DNA of 64,000 nucleotides, from IMG/VR virus record IMGVR_UViG_3300012347_000112, positions 2,448-66,447 of that record; one strand, written 5' to 3'. The DNA is from a virus. Its lineage: Duplodnaviria > Caudoviricetes. Positions within the stretch are counted from its first letter, which is position 1, and each line of letters starts with the position of its first letter. This document shows positions 22,201 through 29,843 of the stretch, one piece after another. Both the position numbers and the translations under genes were made by a program. A model generated the notes under the pieces. The model ran no database searches. It had not been told where the DNA came from and saw only the letters and a program-made list of their open reading frames with translations.

Positions 22201-25200
22201 GTAAAGATTGCTCGCCATGTACCTGGCAAGAAAGCTCCATCAACACGGTCTTTAAATTTCTTATAGTTCCATGTCCACGGATCGTTACTTGCGAAATACT
22301 TGTTGGTACTGTAGTCAACTTTATTGTCACCTACCCAACGCAAGAATCTATTTCCCAGAATCTGTGTAAACTCAGTCAGAGAATAATCAGTTGTACGGAA
22401 CTTGCCAGGCAAATGATCATATAGATCAAAGATATGTGTTTCGTAGTCGATCTTGATGTTGTTATAGATTCGCTTTTCTAGTTCCAACAACAGGTCGTCA
22501 CGGATATCGTTAAACACCGGTGTAATCGATCCGTCGTGACCTTGGATTACTTCAACTGGTGTGATATAGCTGTTGTCAACGAAACGCTGAGGAACAAACT
22601 TTGGATATAGTCCCAGCTTACTTGGGGTCTCAGGAACAAAACTTCCGTCAGTGTCGTGATACTCAACAATTTTAATTAAGTCGCCAGCAACTAGTGTAAT
22701 GTCAGCATCAAGAATAATTGCAGAACGGTCTTGTGGGAACGTGAAGTCAATTCCGTTGATCAATTGAGCGCCGTTTAAGTATACTAGAACAGCTTTGTTG
22801 CTCAATGCAGTATCGTTAAACACCTGTGTAATTTCGTACTGTTTCAAGAACGGATTGATAACTGAATATGTGATAATATTTGCGTTATCACCGTAAGGAA
22901 TCATGTCGCTGTAATACCACGGGAATGTTTTATTTTTAATTCCGTTGATATTCTTTAAGATTGCGTCGACCCCGCCCGGGATGTTATCGCTAGAGATTTC
23001 GTTCAGTCTAGTAGCTAGTTCTAAGAATTTGTTTTTAAATCTAGTGTATTCCTTGGATGCCAAGTCTACACCATTGACAAAGTTAAGCTTCTTGTCAGTT
23101 AAGAAGATGTTACTATACATTGCCGGCGAAGCTTGTTGTACAATGTTTCCACCGTTGCTCTTGTACTCAATGTCTCTTAGGCCTGTAAAGTTTCCGCTAT
23201 ATGTTGCCTTGGTGTTTTCTACAATAGTCTTAATATGGTTTCTGATTTGGCCCAATGTCAGTGAGCTAAATGATGCGTTTTTACTGTTGTAGTCTAGGTT
23301 GTTAGGAATTTCGTAGTAGCCAAGTTTACTTGGTGTAGTGCTATAGATTAAGATATCAACTTTGTCGCCATTGGCTAATAAATTGATATTAACTCTCACA
23401 GTGCTACGAGCACCAACTGTTGCAAATTCGTAATCAGCAGAGTTCAACAATGTGTTGTTAACAAACACCTTGGTGTAGGGAACAGTTGCTTCTTCGGCTG
23501 GCGCAATGTCAACTGGGAAGTAGTTAGACGAAGTATCGTACGAGTATGAGAAAATTTGATACTGCTTGGTTTTCTCTGCGTTCTTAACCCAGATGTTGCG
23601 ATTTTTGTAGCTAGTTAAGTCTACGTTTTGGCGCAAGAAATTATGGTTGATTGGTAGCGATACTGTACTTGGCCCAATTGCGTAGGTAATGGTATCAGTG
23701 TCGAAGTTGTTGGTAAATTGGATGTCACCAATACTGTTGAAGTTTCTGTAGCTCAACGGGAATCCTAAAACACGATCGTTTGTGCCTGTTCCGTGAGTGT
23801 ATGAAAAAATCTTTGTACCTGTGAAGTTAGAAACTGGGTATGCACTAAGCTGGCTTAGACTTACACCGCTTCCGTCAATGACGTCAAACAACGGTGCTTG
23901 GTTAATGCCAGTTTTAAGTTGACCACGAACCCATGTTGACCCGTTGTAGTAAAAATTAAGTCCTGCATTTGCGCCTTTGATAACGTTTACGCCGTTACCT
24001 TCTGCAATAGCGTAGTCGTCGGCTAGTACCAGGTGTAGTTTGCTGTCACTGATATTCCCGCCAGTTACGTCAATACGATTTACAACATAGATACTGTTGC
24101 GTACTGATGGGTCAAAGTCATTGGCAAAAATGACTCTATCGCCTTGGGTAAAGGTTATTCCGCTGACGGTAACACTGGTGTTACCATTCATCAATGCGCC
24201 TTCAACTACGTTCATTGCGTCAGTGATTGCGTTGCTATTAACTAGAATATCAATTGGCGCTTTAGCTACTCGGCAAGCATTAAACAGTTGCAAGTGGCCT
24301 TCAAACTCAATGATTGGGCGTTGTGCTCTTAGGGTTTGATCAGGCAGCGCAACTTCATTGTTATATGCTGCGGCAGCATTAATAACGTCAATGTGGAACC
24401 AACGGTTGCTGCGGCTCCATGCGTTTGAGTCAATGCTGTCTCGAGAAATTGTAATGTAGTCCGGGGCATTAATACCCGATGCAGCGTATGCTTCAGGTGT
24501 TACCAGTTCGGCTGCTTTTACTAGTGTAATTGCTTTGCCCACTCCCTCAACATAGTACTCATTGTTTGCATACTCTGGCTGAGTTACTGTGTCATCGAAT
24601 TGAATTTTAAGACCGTTTGAGAAGGTAACCCCGTTAGGGCTAGTGTAGGATTTTTGTCCAACAATGTCGTTGTTAACGTCAATGGTCGATCCAACTGCAT
24701 CAACAATTTGAATTACACCAAATAGGTTAGGGTCAGTACCATCTTGATAGTACAAACGATCTAGTGTACTAGAGATAAAAGGAACGCGATTATAGAAACC
24801 GCTGCGGTCCATGAAAAATTCAGTGGTAGCATAATTTACGCCGCTCTTTACATAGATGCGTTCGTTAATATCTACTGCAATGTCGGGTAACAACATTACT
24901 AGATAGTCGCCATCGCCAGTATCGTGCAACTCAATGGTCCAAGTGCCTTTACGTTCTGCTGCGCCAACAACAGCTCCGACAGTGTAATAGTTCGTGTTTA
25001 AGGTTTCGCCGGTGTCAACTTCCATTGACGGTGTGGTCCAGAATGCATCGTCCTCGTAACGGCCAATGAATGCCAGTGACTTTTTGTTCAAGTCGGTGAT
25101 AACGCTGTCAAACAAGTCAGTCTTGGTTTCTAGTAATGTGCTTAGTAGTTTATTTTGAATATCAGCATAGCTGTACTCTGTTACCACGTCAACGCTGGCT

Positions 25201-25961
25201 TTTTGCACCATTTTACTGTATGCATCTTGCGCTGTCTTAGTTGGCACATTGAACACAATCTGTCCAATTGACGCACCGTTGTTCTGCACACCGTAGATAT
25301 CACGAGTGCTTACGTTTGGCTGCAATACTTTCTTGCCAGACACACCAGGCTCAGTCTGAATCCAGAACTTGTTGCCAAGTTGGCTTAAATTAAATTTATA
25401 GGTGCCGCCACGTGCTAGTGTAATAACTGGGCTTGCGCCTGTGCCGCGACCACTGAAATTGTAACCACCGACTGTTAAGTTACGAGTTACTGCAAAAGTT
25501 TCGTTTGAATCAACTGTGCCTGCATAAACTTGTACTGTAGTTGGGCCGGCTGGCAACCAGTAGTAGTTGTTATAGTTACCAAATTTGTCAAAGTCAAACA
25601 GACCGTCAAATGTGTAACTTTCGTTATCAAACAAACGACTGTGGTTTGTAGTGTTTCCGCCTAGTACGCCAATCTGTTGAATCAAATCAATGTATGTGCT
25701 AAACAAATCAACTGAGTTAGCTTGCTTGTCTTGAACTACAACCGATGGCTCAAGTTGATAATTTTGTCGGCTGCTAGTTGGCTCAATTACATAGTTGTCA
25801 TTTGGCTTATATGTAGGTGCAAATTTACGGCCAATGTAACCGTTTACTTTACGCAAGTCTGCTTCAGATGTTAACTGATCTAACGTTGCATTTAAGAACT
25901 TTTTGTTAGTGTCAGTTTGAAAAATTGAAGGTAAAAACTTTAATGTGTTGTTTGCTGCCAT
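13269..25961 (-). CDS. Giant baseplate wedge protein (gp7-like, 4230 aa) with FG-GAP beta-propeller repeats
   Basis: Immediately downstream of gp6. N-terminal FLPSIFQT. At least 6 FG...VGAPG...GAVYVY repeats (~17040-19380) and a GGGGTGATA...VTNSGSGY module. Confidence 0.7.
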   Translation of the reverse strand: MAANNTLKFLPSIFQTDTNKKFLNATLDQLTSEADLRKVNGYIGRKFAPTYKPNDNYVIEPTSSRQNYQLEPSVVVQDKQANSVDLFSTYIDLIQQIGVLGGNTTNHSRLFDNESYTFDGLFDFDKFGNYNNYYWLPAGPTTVQVYAGTVDSNETFAVTRNLTVGGYNFSGRGTGASPVITLARGGTYKFNLSQLGNKFWIQTEPGVSGKKVLQPNVSTRDIYGVQNNGASIGQIVFNVPTKTAQDAYSKMVQKASVDVVTEYSYADIQNKLLSTLLETKTDLFDSVITDLNKKSLAFIGRYEDDAFWTTPSMEVDTGETLNTNYYTVGAVVGAAERKGTWTIELHDTGDGDYLVMLLPDIAVDINERIYVKSGVNYATTEFFMDRSGFYNRVPFISSTLDRLYYQDGTDPNLFGVIQIVDAVGSTIDVNNDIVGQKSYTSPNGVTFSNGLKIQFDDTVTQPEYANNEYYVEGVGKAITLVKAAELVTPEAYAASGINAPDYITISRDSIDSNAWSRSNRWFHIDVINAAAAYNNEVALPDQTLRAQRPIIEFEGHLQLFNACRVAKAPIDILVNSNAITDAMNVVEGALMNGNTSVTVSGITFTQGDRVIFANDFDPSVRNSIYVVNRIDVTGGNISDSKLHLVLADDYAIAEGNGVNVIKGANAGLNFYYNGSTWVRGQLKTGINQAPLFDVIDGSGVSLSQLSAYPVSNFTGTKIFSYTHGTGTNDRVLGFPLSYRNFNSIGDIQFTNNFDTDTITYAIGPSTVSLPINHNFLRQNVDLTSYKNRNIWVKNAEKTKQYQIFSYSYDTSSNYFPVDIAPAEEATVPYTKVFVNNTLLNSADYEFATVGARSTVRVNINLLANGDKVDILIYSTTPSKLGYYEIPNNLDYNSKNASFSSLTLGQIRNHIKTIVENTKATYSGNFTGLRDIEYKSNGGNIVQQASPAMYSNIFLTDKKLNFVNGVDLASKEYTRFKNKFLELATRLNEISSDNIPGGVDAILKNINGIKNKTFPWYYSDMIPYGDNANIITYSVINPFLKQYEITQVFNDTALSNKAVLVYLNGAQLINGIDFTFPQDRSAIILDADITLVAGDLIKIVEYHDTDGSFVPETPSKLGLYPKFVPQRFVDNSYITPVEVIQGHDGSITPVFNDIRDDLLLELEKRIYNNIKIDYETHIFDLYDHLPGKFRTTDYSLTEFTQILGNRFLRWVGDNKVDYSTNKYFASNDPWTWNYKKFKDRVDGAFLPGTWRAIFTHFFDTYRPNTHPWEMLGFGKKPLWWEARYGAAPYTGSNTLLWDDLEAGYIHAGDRAGIDTRFARPGLSKIIPVDAYGDLLSPEQWATSTFDSQRANASYAVGDQGPVEFAWRTSSSFPFAMQYALALAKPGYYFGSLINIDRYYRDAAIDQLVDQNTYQRITPTSIVINGDTTGDEIVRSAGYLNWVRDYLLNIGIDPVTELQKYFDNVNIQLGYKVGGYTDKKFIQVLAEQGSPTNTNNSIVLPTENYSIQLNASTPIKKIVYSAVTIQRTENGYTVNGYNQSSPYFTIIPSLVNNNFYTITSLNRRGIIYKDYQPIKLTIPYGYEFSTTQEVVDFLIGYGRHLVGQGFRFDVHDENLGEPRNWALSAKEFLNWSQQGWQEGSIIILSPAFDTLINSQTTGVVSPIESTPTGTKVLDQDGNFIKSTQFTEMRDGNNFKLTAVEGKTICLAELTVVQYEHVILFDNVTVFNDIIYVPELGNRQFRLKLIGSKTGGWTGAFNPPGFVFNNAHVDSWQPGVDYLLGSIVEYKNQYYAALGNIAGSATFVQDKQWRQIDRNEVKTGLLPNFAYNATRLQQAYDVDNLPADSTIEGYGTSLIGFRKRPYLSNFGLDETSQVKFYQGFIKEKGTLNAITGLTSAQTGDLTSDINIYEEWALRVGEYGSLNSDQSVELLLDESAITANPTAIEFLNGPDAASQSGVIGYKPVDLYRAPANYNKNLFFNRNQITSTINDIETAGYVNLSDVKNTLFSFASFNDLDVALDNIGPGYYIWVAKDYTEEWNVYRVTETQVNVTNFSYNIDSLITINFTDDPELKIGDVFAVKAFDTRFNGFYQVYSVNSRTSVQVALRGTDAQSIDVTQYKIETIKELQSVNGYGVLYKLQSARLTDLTQADGIIPLNGWQPGDKLWVDNATSTNQWGVFNKINAWATDTTITDEAISQGAAFGTTVTSNRLANNFFVGMPNLVNRNGSTGSVKTFSRVYGKISQTSKLEARANTSAGYGSSISVSDYTIVVGAPASNSNEGYVFVYDLRTGTTQTIRSNSAAANNYFGKSTSISTDNNLLYIGAPGENKVHVYYSKTVDSRSSTITYGTSTDLSLTGTVYLSANGVINTANITLDSSIDINRIKSGFAVTQLNGSAVQASTTVSDVDGTTLVLSTAMLGQSNVSLAGTLGSGTQTITLLSANAWVDVGASVTAATGNAIPVGTTVTAVNGATITISNVAGAAVSSFVFSSNTYPVTLQVDSDSYRLSYTPDSIGALALVDMDKNYIPNLDYTLSGNVLTFVNPPSVSSGSSFANISITQRPHYAYANISITSNTAVSGDQFGNVVATTDNGRTVVVGAPGENNNSGAVYVYKLFEQSYLSDLENTYVFGKPFTSLTKVFVDGKLQSTDAYTVTNDTVLSFNDALALGRVILVVSDSYVMVQKFVDPDQQSGALFGSQVAIDHINGSSIFVGASGKTLASGKTGAVYRYTDTGKILGKVTATNVVEYIQTLVDSGSTFDSDIGLYINNYWVDLSTAIDDNGYVAPSACVELINAKKIPMVTATTVAGGFIEIVSQSVVENNKLSIRTNETNLFDNIGLSVFSLDQIISHPDGSIGTGFAKNVRYCPVTNTLLVTSDADDVYYVTEIDGGTTTFDQSSTRMIDYVKSTGSVYVYELLTNSLTGSENTGSMSYAQHIKSDSLESNDGFGASADINKDLILVGAPGTDYSAAVENSGAVYTYANPEFKTSWDKIRQQDEAVDLDNINKIFLYNKNTQVISASLDYIDPVKGKILGIAEQDIDFKTSVDPAIYNTGSSSSSAFNAGYYWNERQVGQIWWNLENLRYIDYEQDDLVYRSNNWGKIFPGSQVTVCEWVESKYPPVQYISNGGDGIPLNYGAYSTVTTVIGGNVTSLYYFWVTNKENAARGKRYSVKTLADIIENPQLQGVPYAMLMKTNSIGVVNVQPYLSGTDTVLHIDYQKMHNRNNVHTEYELLNENDPNSRVPERIITKLIDSLSGVDQVGQVVPDPSLTPANKIGINIRPRQTMILNRAKAVENFVNYVNNVLIKHPVVYQYSLLGMEKEDPIPAVTEYDKVVPTVEEIGYIDVREESGIPIGYRVLVTGDSSNNGLWTIYKLNSNRVFKTHRIQYYNTQLYWSKVDWFASDYDPTSRINYTVAAYKDIAALSVAPGEIIRVNYDDNAQFAIYRVNANLTLTKVGIQNGTIQLSNTLYDLPAGQMGWDEDRFDTVRFDQTPSIEIRNILLALRDDIFINNLGDEFNKLFFVLVNYILHEQTSVDWIFKTSFIRIFHTLRELNQPPSFVLDNQDYYLDYINEVKPYRTIVREYVVDYTGNDTVESNVTDFDLPSLYNKSLAMYRPPSGELSIDTTLINNTPEYQYWKQYHTFEVDSIELSSHGQDYLIEPIITISGGGGTGATATANIWGNGAIRSITVTNSGSGYTSRPLVSINGTGTGGLAAARISNKTVRQFDSVLKFDRTAYDSSVQIWNATSSYQDGDIVAFNGDAYVATGNIAAAANFNFDAFELLTGADVGNTNDRIIAYIASRQQNNLDLATALGQEVASTLSNRFWLTQYVKGIEYPGVSVQGLPFNANVKDQSLLDSVIQSRYVDTGLGIRPEDIIIDGGAYIDYYSSHAPEELLPGVLHESIDISVFTAEVESSSNLTVKPGGASLAYREFMDINGGHEYYRISGFATTYIVGALTYNSDVIFVSDSSALPIPDLVRAIPGVVFIGGEKITYWENDVETNSLRNIRRGVGGTASQAHPAFTTVYDASVDQVIPDIKSRTAIISTNEEYSSNVGINYWRANASTSQFTTVDNPTYKITLNANITVNVGDIITQAFSSGNAVVRGNVDLQKSVAVTFNSGSFTTANANCVFSINGTVSNISANAIGILGAVNAAGNVTVTANAGSNVVIRQDSLAWLDPVLFVQGLQFQDSGSLPARAFLGQGAGLNTLSFDDYYSTEDEVSVNTVLMTENSQLLTKED

Positions 25962-25963
25962 TA

Positions 25964-28900
25964 TTATATTCCGATTTGTGCGTTAGTAACAGTTTGATTT
26001 AAGTGAGTAGCGGTAATTGACGAAATTACTTGCACGTTGTTTACCGTTGCTGCACTTGCGATAATTTCGTTAGGGTCGCAGTTAACTTGGTACATTGCAC
26101 CAAATTGAATGCGTGGATCTGCAGGCACAATAATAATGCTTGCTACCATTGGAGTTAGGGCTTGGTGTAGATACGCACTTAGTTCCGAGAAGAAGAATGC
26201 TTCACCGAAGTCCCAGTTAGAAATGTCAAAGTATCTATTAATCGCTGCAACTACTGCACTCTTAATTTCGCTTTCACTTGTGATAATGTTAGGGTTAGGC
26301 ACTACCTTAAATGTAGCTTGTAGGCTTAGGTCTGCTTTGTCGCCGAACAACGGTTTAAACACTGCTGAATTATACACAATGGTGTCGCTTAATGCCTTGT
26401 AGTTACTTAATGTACTATAAGCATTACTTAGCTCTTCGTTTGTCGGCGGTGATGGCATTGCAACTCGACCGCTGGTGTCTTGTAGCCAGGCAGTATAGCT
26501 GTTTGCATAATCCTTGGTTAGCAGATACAAGTCCATGATGTTGTTTGGGCTAGGGTCAATGCGTCTGCTGTTTGGACTTACGTGTTGGTATTGGAAGCTC
26601 AGTCCCTGACGGCCTCTATATGCATAGTAGTTAGTTAGAGGTGCGCTTAACTGTGGTGGGTTGTTTGACAACAGCTCGTAGAACTTGTCTTCAGCACTTG
26701 CGTAGAACTTTTGACCCACTACGTAACGGGCACCATTCAACTTGATGTCAGCCAGCGTGATGTAGTCGGTGACAATGTCAACTGAGTCAACTGGAGTCAG
26801 GCGCACAAACGAACTGTTATTTGTGTCAGTGGTTTGTTTAAAGAACACTGACTTTTTATAAGAGTTCACTGTTGGTGCAACAACTGTGTCAAACAAGTCA
26901 GGATCGTCTGGGATGCCATCGTTGTTGCTGTCTGGGAATGTAACCAGCACTCTAGCTGGGTCACGGTAGCCATCACTTGCTACTACGTTGCTGTAGATTT
27001 GCCATCTAATGTCTTGACCAATTGATGTTGTTGCGTCTGGCGCTTGGTTAACTTTGAGTACAACAATTTGATCTCTAAGAGTTTGTGCTAGTTTACTGTC
27101 GTAGACTTTTGCTGCTGTATCGTAATAGAATGTAGTTTCTGCTTTGCTTTCAAACACATAGTTCAATCCACGATGCGTTACAGTGTATTGATCGTTGTTA
27201 TAGATTACTGTAATTAGCCAGCTAGAGTCTAGTAGTCGACCAGAGCTGTCGCCAGCATAGGTTAACCCAAATTCATCTATGCTGTTGATGTCTGTAGGAT
27301 TTACAAAGCGGAATGTCTGTGTTGGCAAATCATAACGAATGCCAAAGCTTTGGTATGAACGAATCTTAGACGAGATACGAGAAGCCGTGACTTCCACGCC
27401 AGCTCTGGCTAAATCAATATCCAGCGTTTCTTTGGTGTCTGACGAAAAGTCCATTGCTTGCATAGGAATCACCGCATTAACTATTGCGCCAGTTGGAATG
27501 TGCTGGTTAATAGTTAGCTGATACAACGACGGCTCTGTTGCTACTCGTTGGACCGCAGCGTAGATATACATTTTTTCGCCTTGGTATTGCGGTACACCAA
27601 CTTTTAGTGTGTTTTGTGCAGTAAAAAACTGTCCAGCAGGTGCAGTAAATTTAATCATTGCTCCTACGCCAATCAAGTTACGATTGCCGGCTGCTAAACC
27701 AAAGCCAACACTTTGAATACTACCAGCAGAGTTTTTAATCCAACCGGTGCTGGCGTTTGTAATGGTGTTTACACTTTCCCAGTGTATTGCGCCGCCTGCG
27801 TTATCAGTTAACAAATATCGCGGTGTGGTGTTGTATCTAAAGTGAGTTAGTTTTTGTGTGCCTAATAGTGGACGCAAGCGATCATAAATGATCTCGCTAA
27901 CATCGCTGATAGTTTCAAATGTAAAGTTAAATGCTTCACCGGCTTTGGTATCTCTGTACAAGAATCCGTCATCGCAGAATATGTTTGTACTTGAGTATTT
28001 TCCAGTTACGTCAAGCACGTCAAGGAATCTGCTCACACCCGAACTTGTTCTGTTAACTGCTTTAACTTTAACTACAGTACTGAACAAGCTGAACGGCAAG
28101 ATATTGTAATCTTCGCCAGTGATCATACGATTTTGTGTGTAGTACTGCTGCGGAGCATTGGCACGAATATCTGCTAACGACTCAGCTGAGCTGCTGTTGG
28201 TAACAGTGTAGTGCAAGCTTGCTGTGACTGTCATTGTTTCAATTCGACCAGTGCGGCTTACATACGAAATTGGAATGTTAACTCGTGTAATCTCGTTAGG
28301 AGTAATTTTATAGTTTAATCCGTTGCTTTGACGATAGTAAAAAGTAAAGTTACCTGTTGGGATATTTGCAAATACGCCATCACCAAAGACCAAGTCAACT
28401 TGATCACTTGCTCGTGTGTTGATTTGAAAGATGTTGCGGTCTGTGCTTTGGTTGTAGGTTACGTTAGTGCCCGCAATAGCCGGAACTTGTGTCCATGCTT
28501 GTGTTGCAATATTTTTTGCATTTACACCGTACAACCAAGTGTCAGTGTTATTGATGTTGTTGAAATTGATGTTAACTGATCTATTAGGGATAGAATCACT
28601 TAACGAAAAGTCAATCTTGTTTAGTGTACCTTGCTTAAAGAAAACAAAGAAGCCAGTATTGTTGCTGCCGTTGCCCAAGTTATCATTGCGGTACAGTAAG
28701 TTAAACACCGAGCGAGGAACTGGGCCGGGCTCGTATACATAGTCACGATCGGTTGTGCTCGCGCTAACAGCTTCAAACGCCATTGTGCGGTTTTCAACTT
28801 CTGCGTTGAACCCGTATACTGGAACTTGTCTCGGGACAATACTAACGCTATAGGTATCTGTTTTAATGTTATTGATTGTTGCTGTGCTGCCAGGCTTGCC

Positions 28901-29410
28901 AACTACTTGGGTGTCGACCAACGATGCATTGATAATCGTTGCCATTTGCTCGTACCAGTTTTCGTTGCCGCTGTCATTCCAGTTAACAATAATGTTTGTT
29001 ATATCGGTGCCGTCGCTGTCAAACAGAGTTTCAGTAGTTGAAACACTGTCAATCTTTAGTAGTCCCTGGGCTGCAACATTTCGCTTGGGGCTGTAGCCAA
29101 CCAAACGTGACAACTTGAAAACGCTGTCTTGACGCTGTGCAGTATCAATGAAGTTTTCACGGGCATTTAGGTCGCCGCGGAACGCCAGCGATTGCCCCAT
29201 GAATGCAATCAGATCAATCAGCGCAATGTACTCGCTACTATCAGTAAAGTCGTTAAAGTCTTCAGGATATGTTGTACGCAAATAATCGATCATTGTTTTG
29301 CGCAATGTTTCGAAGTCGTAGCTTGTAAAGTCCGCGGACTGGAATGTCTGATAGATCTTAGTCCAATCCTGTTGGACTAATAGATTGGTTTGACGAGTAG
29401 TTAGAGCCAT
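25964..29410 (-). CDS. gp6: Baseplate wedge subunit (T4 gp6-like, extended)
   Basis: DFETLRKTMIDYL...DFNDF..SSEYIALIDLIA...RENFIDTAQRQDSV..LSRLVGY.PKR; ESLADIRANAP..Y.TQNRMITGEDY. Confidence 0.9.
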   Translation of the reverse strand: MALTTRQTNLLVQQDWTKIYQTFQSADFTSYDFETLRKTMIDYLRTTYPEDFNDFTDSSEYIALIDLIAFMGQSLAFRGDLNARENFIDTAQRQDSVFKLSRLVGYSPKRNVAAQGLLKIDSVSTTETLFDSDGTDITNIIVNWNDSGNENWYEQMATIINASLVDTQVVGKPGSTATINNIKTDTYSVSIVPRQVPVYGFNAEVENRTMAFEAVSASTTDRDYVYEPGPVPRSVFNLLYRNDNLGNGSNNTGFFVFFKQGTLNKIDFSLSDSIPNRSVNINFNNINNTDTWLYGVNAKNIATQAWTQVPAIAGTNVTYNQSTDRNIFQINTRASDQVDLVFGDGVFANIPTGNFTFYYRQSNGLNYKITPNEITRVNIPISYVSRTGRIETMTVTASLHYTVTNSSSAESLADIRANAPQQYYTQNRMITGEDYNILPFSLFSTVVKVKAVNRTSSGVSRFLDVLDVTGKYSSTNIFCDDGFLYRDTKAGEAFNFTFETISDVSEIIYDRLRPLLGTQKLTHFRYNTTPRYLLTDNAGGAIHWESVNTITNASTGWIKNSAGSIQSVGFGLAAGNRNLIGVGAMIKFTAPAGQFFTAQNTLKVGVPQYQGEKMYIYAAVQRVATEPSLYQLTINQHIPTGAIVNAVIPMQAMDFSSDTKETLDIDLARAGVEVTASRISSKIRSYQSFGIRYDLPTQTFRFVNPTDINSIDEFGLTYAGDSSGRLLDSSWLITVIYNNDQYTVTHRGLNYVFESKAETTFYYDTAAKVYDSKLAQTLRDQIVVLKVNQAPDATTSIGQDIRWQIYSNVVASDGYRDPARVLVTFPDSNNDGIPDDPDLFDTVVAPTVNSYKKSVFFKQTTDTNNSSFVRLTPVDSVDIVTDYITLADIKLNGARYVVGQKFYASAEDKFYELLSNNPPQLSAPLTNYYAYRGRQGLSFQYQHVSPNSRRIDPSPNNIMDLYLLTKDYANSYTAWLQDTSGRVAMPSPPTNEELSNAYSTLSNYKALSDTIVYNSAVFKPLFGDKADLSLQATFKVVPNPNIITSESEIKSAVVAAINRYFDISNWDFGEAFFFSELSAYLHQALTPMVASIIIVPADPRIQFGAMYQVNCDPNEIIASAATVNNVQVISSITATHLNQTVTNAQIGI

Positions 29411-29457
29411 AGATATACCTTGTTTTAGTATTTATTCGAATACAAAAACGGCTATTA

Positions 29458-29832
29458 TTAAGCGTAGGTAAGTTTCTGGCTTTCTTTGTTGAAGTTCATT
29501 AGCATGAAATCACTTTGGTTATTGTTAACGTAGGTGAGATCAACAATCACTTGCAGCCCGTGTTCTAACTCGTTTACTGTTACATTATTAACAGCAACAC
29601 GTGGATCGTAACTGCAAATTTCAGATATATCTGCAACGACTGCTTGTTTAACATCGTTTGTTAGAGGTTCAAACAACATGTTCCAAATGATAGTACCAAA
29701 ATTTGGATTCATCAGCTTTTCGCCCTTGCGGATGTTAAAGTGATTGATTAAATCTTGCTTAATTAGAGCCGCGTCTGTAGCTCTAAACTTCTTAGTTTGT
29801 CCAACTGTGCTGAATCCGCGATATATTGCCAT
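29458..29832 (-). CDS. gp25: Baseplate wedge/sheath initiator (T4 gp25-like)
   Basis: LIKQDLINHFNIRKGEKLMNPNFGT.I..MLFEP...YDPRV. Confidence 0.92.
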   Translation of the reverse strand: MAIYRGFSTVGQTKKFRATDAALIKQDLINHFNIRKGEKLMNPNFGTIIWNMLFEPLTNDVKQAVVADISEICSYDPRVAVNNVTVNELEHGLQVIVDLTYVNNNQSDFMLMNFNKESQKLTYA

Positions 29833-29843
29833 ATGTATATTTA

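Noticed and set aside
13269-25961. Stop-codon reassignment or intein/intron interruptions, as seen in some jumbo phages
   Set aside because: Very long ORFs and core genes (gp20, gp23, gp46, gp6) are uninterrupted in the standard code with no visible intein motifs.
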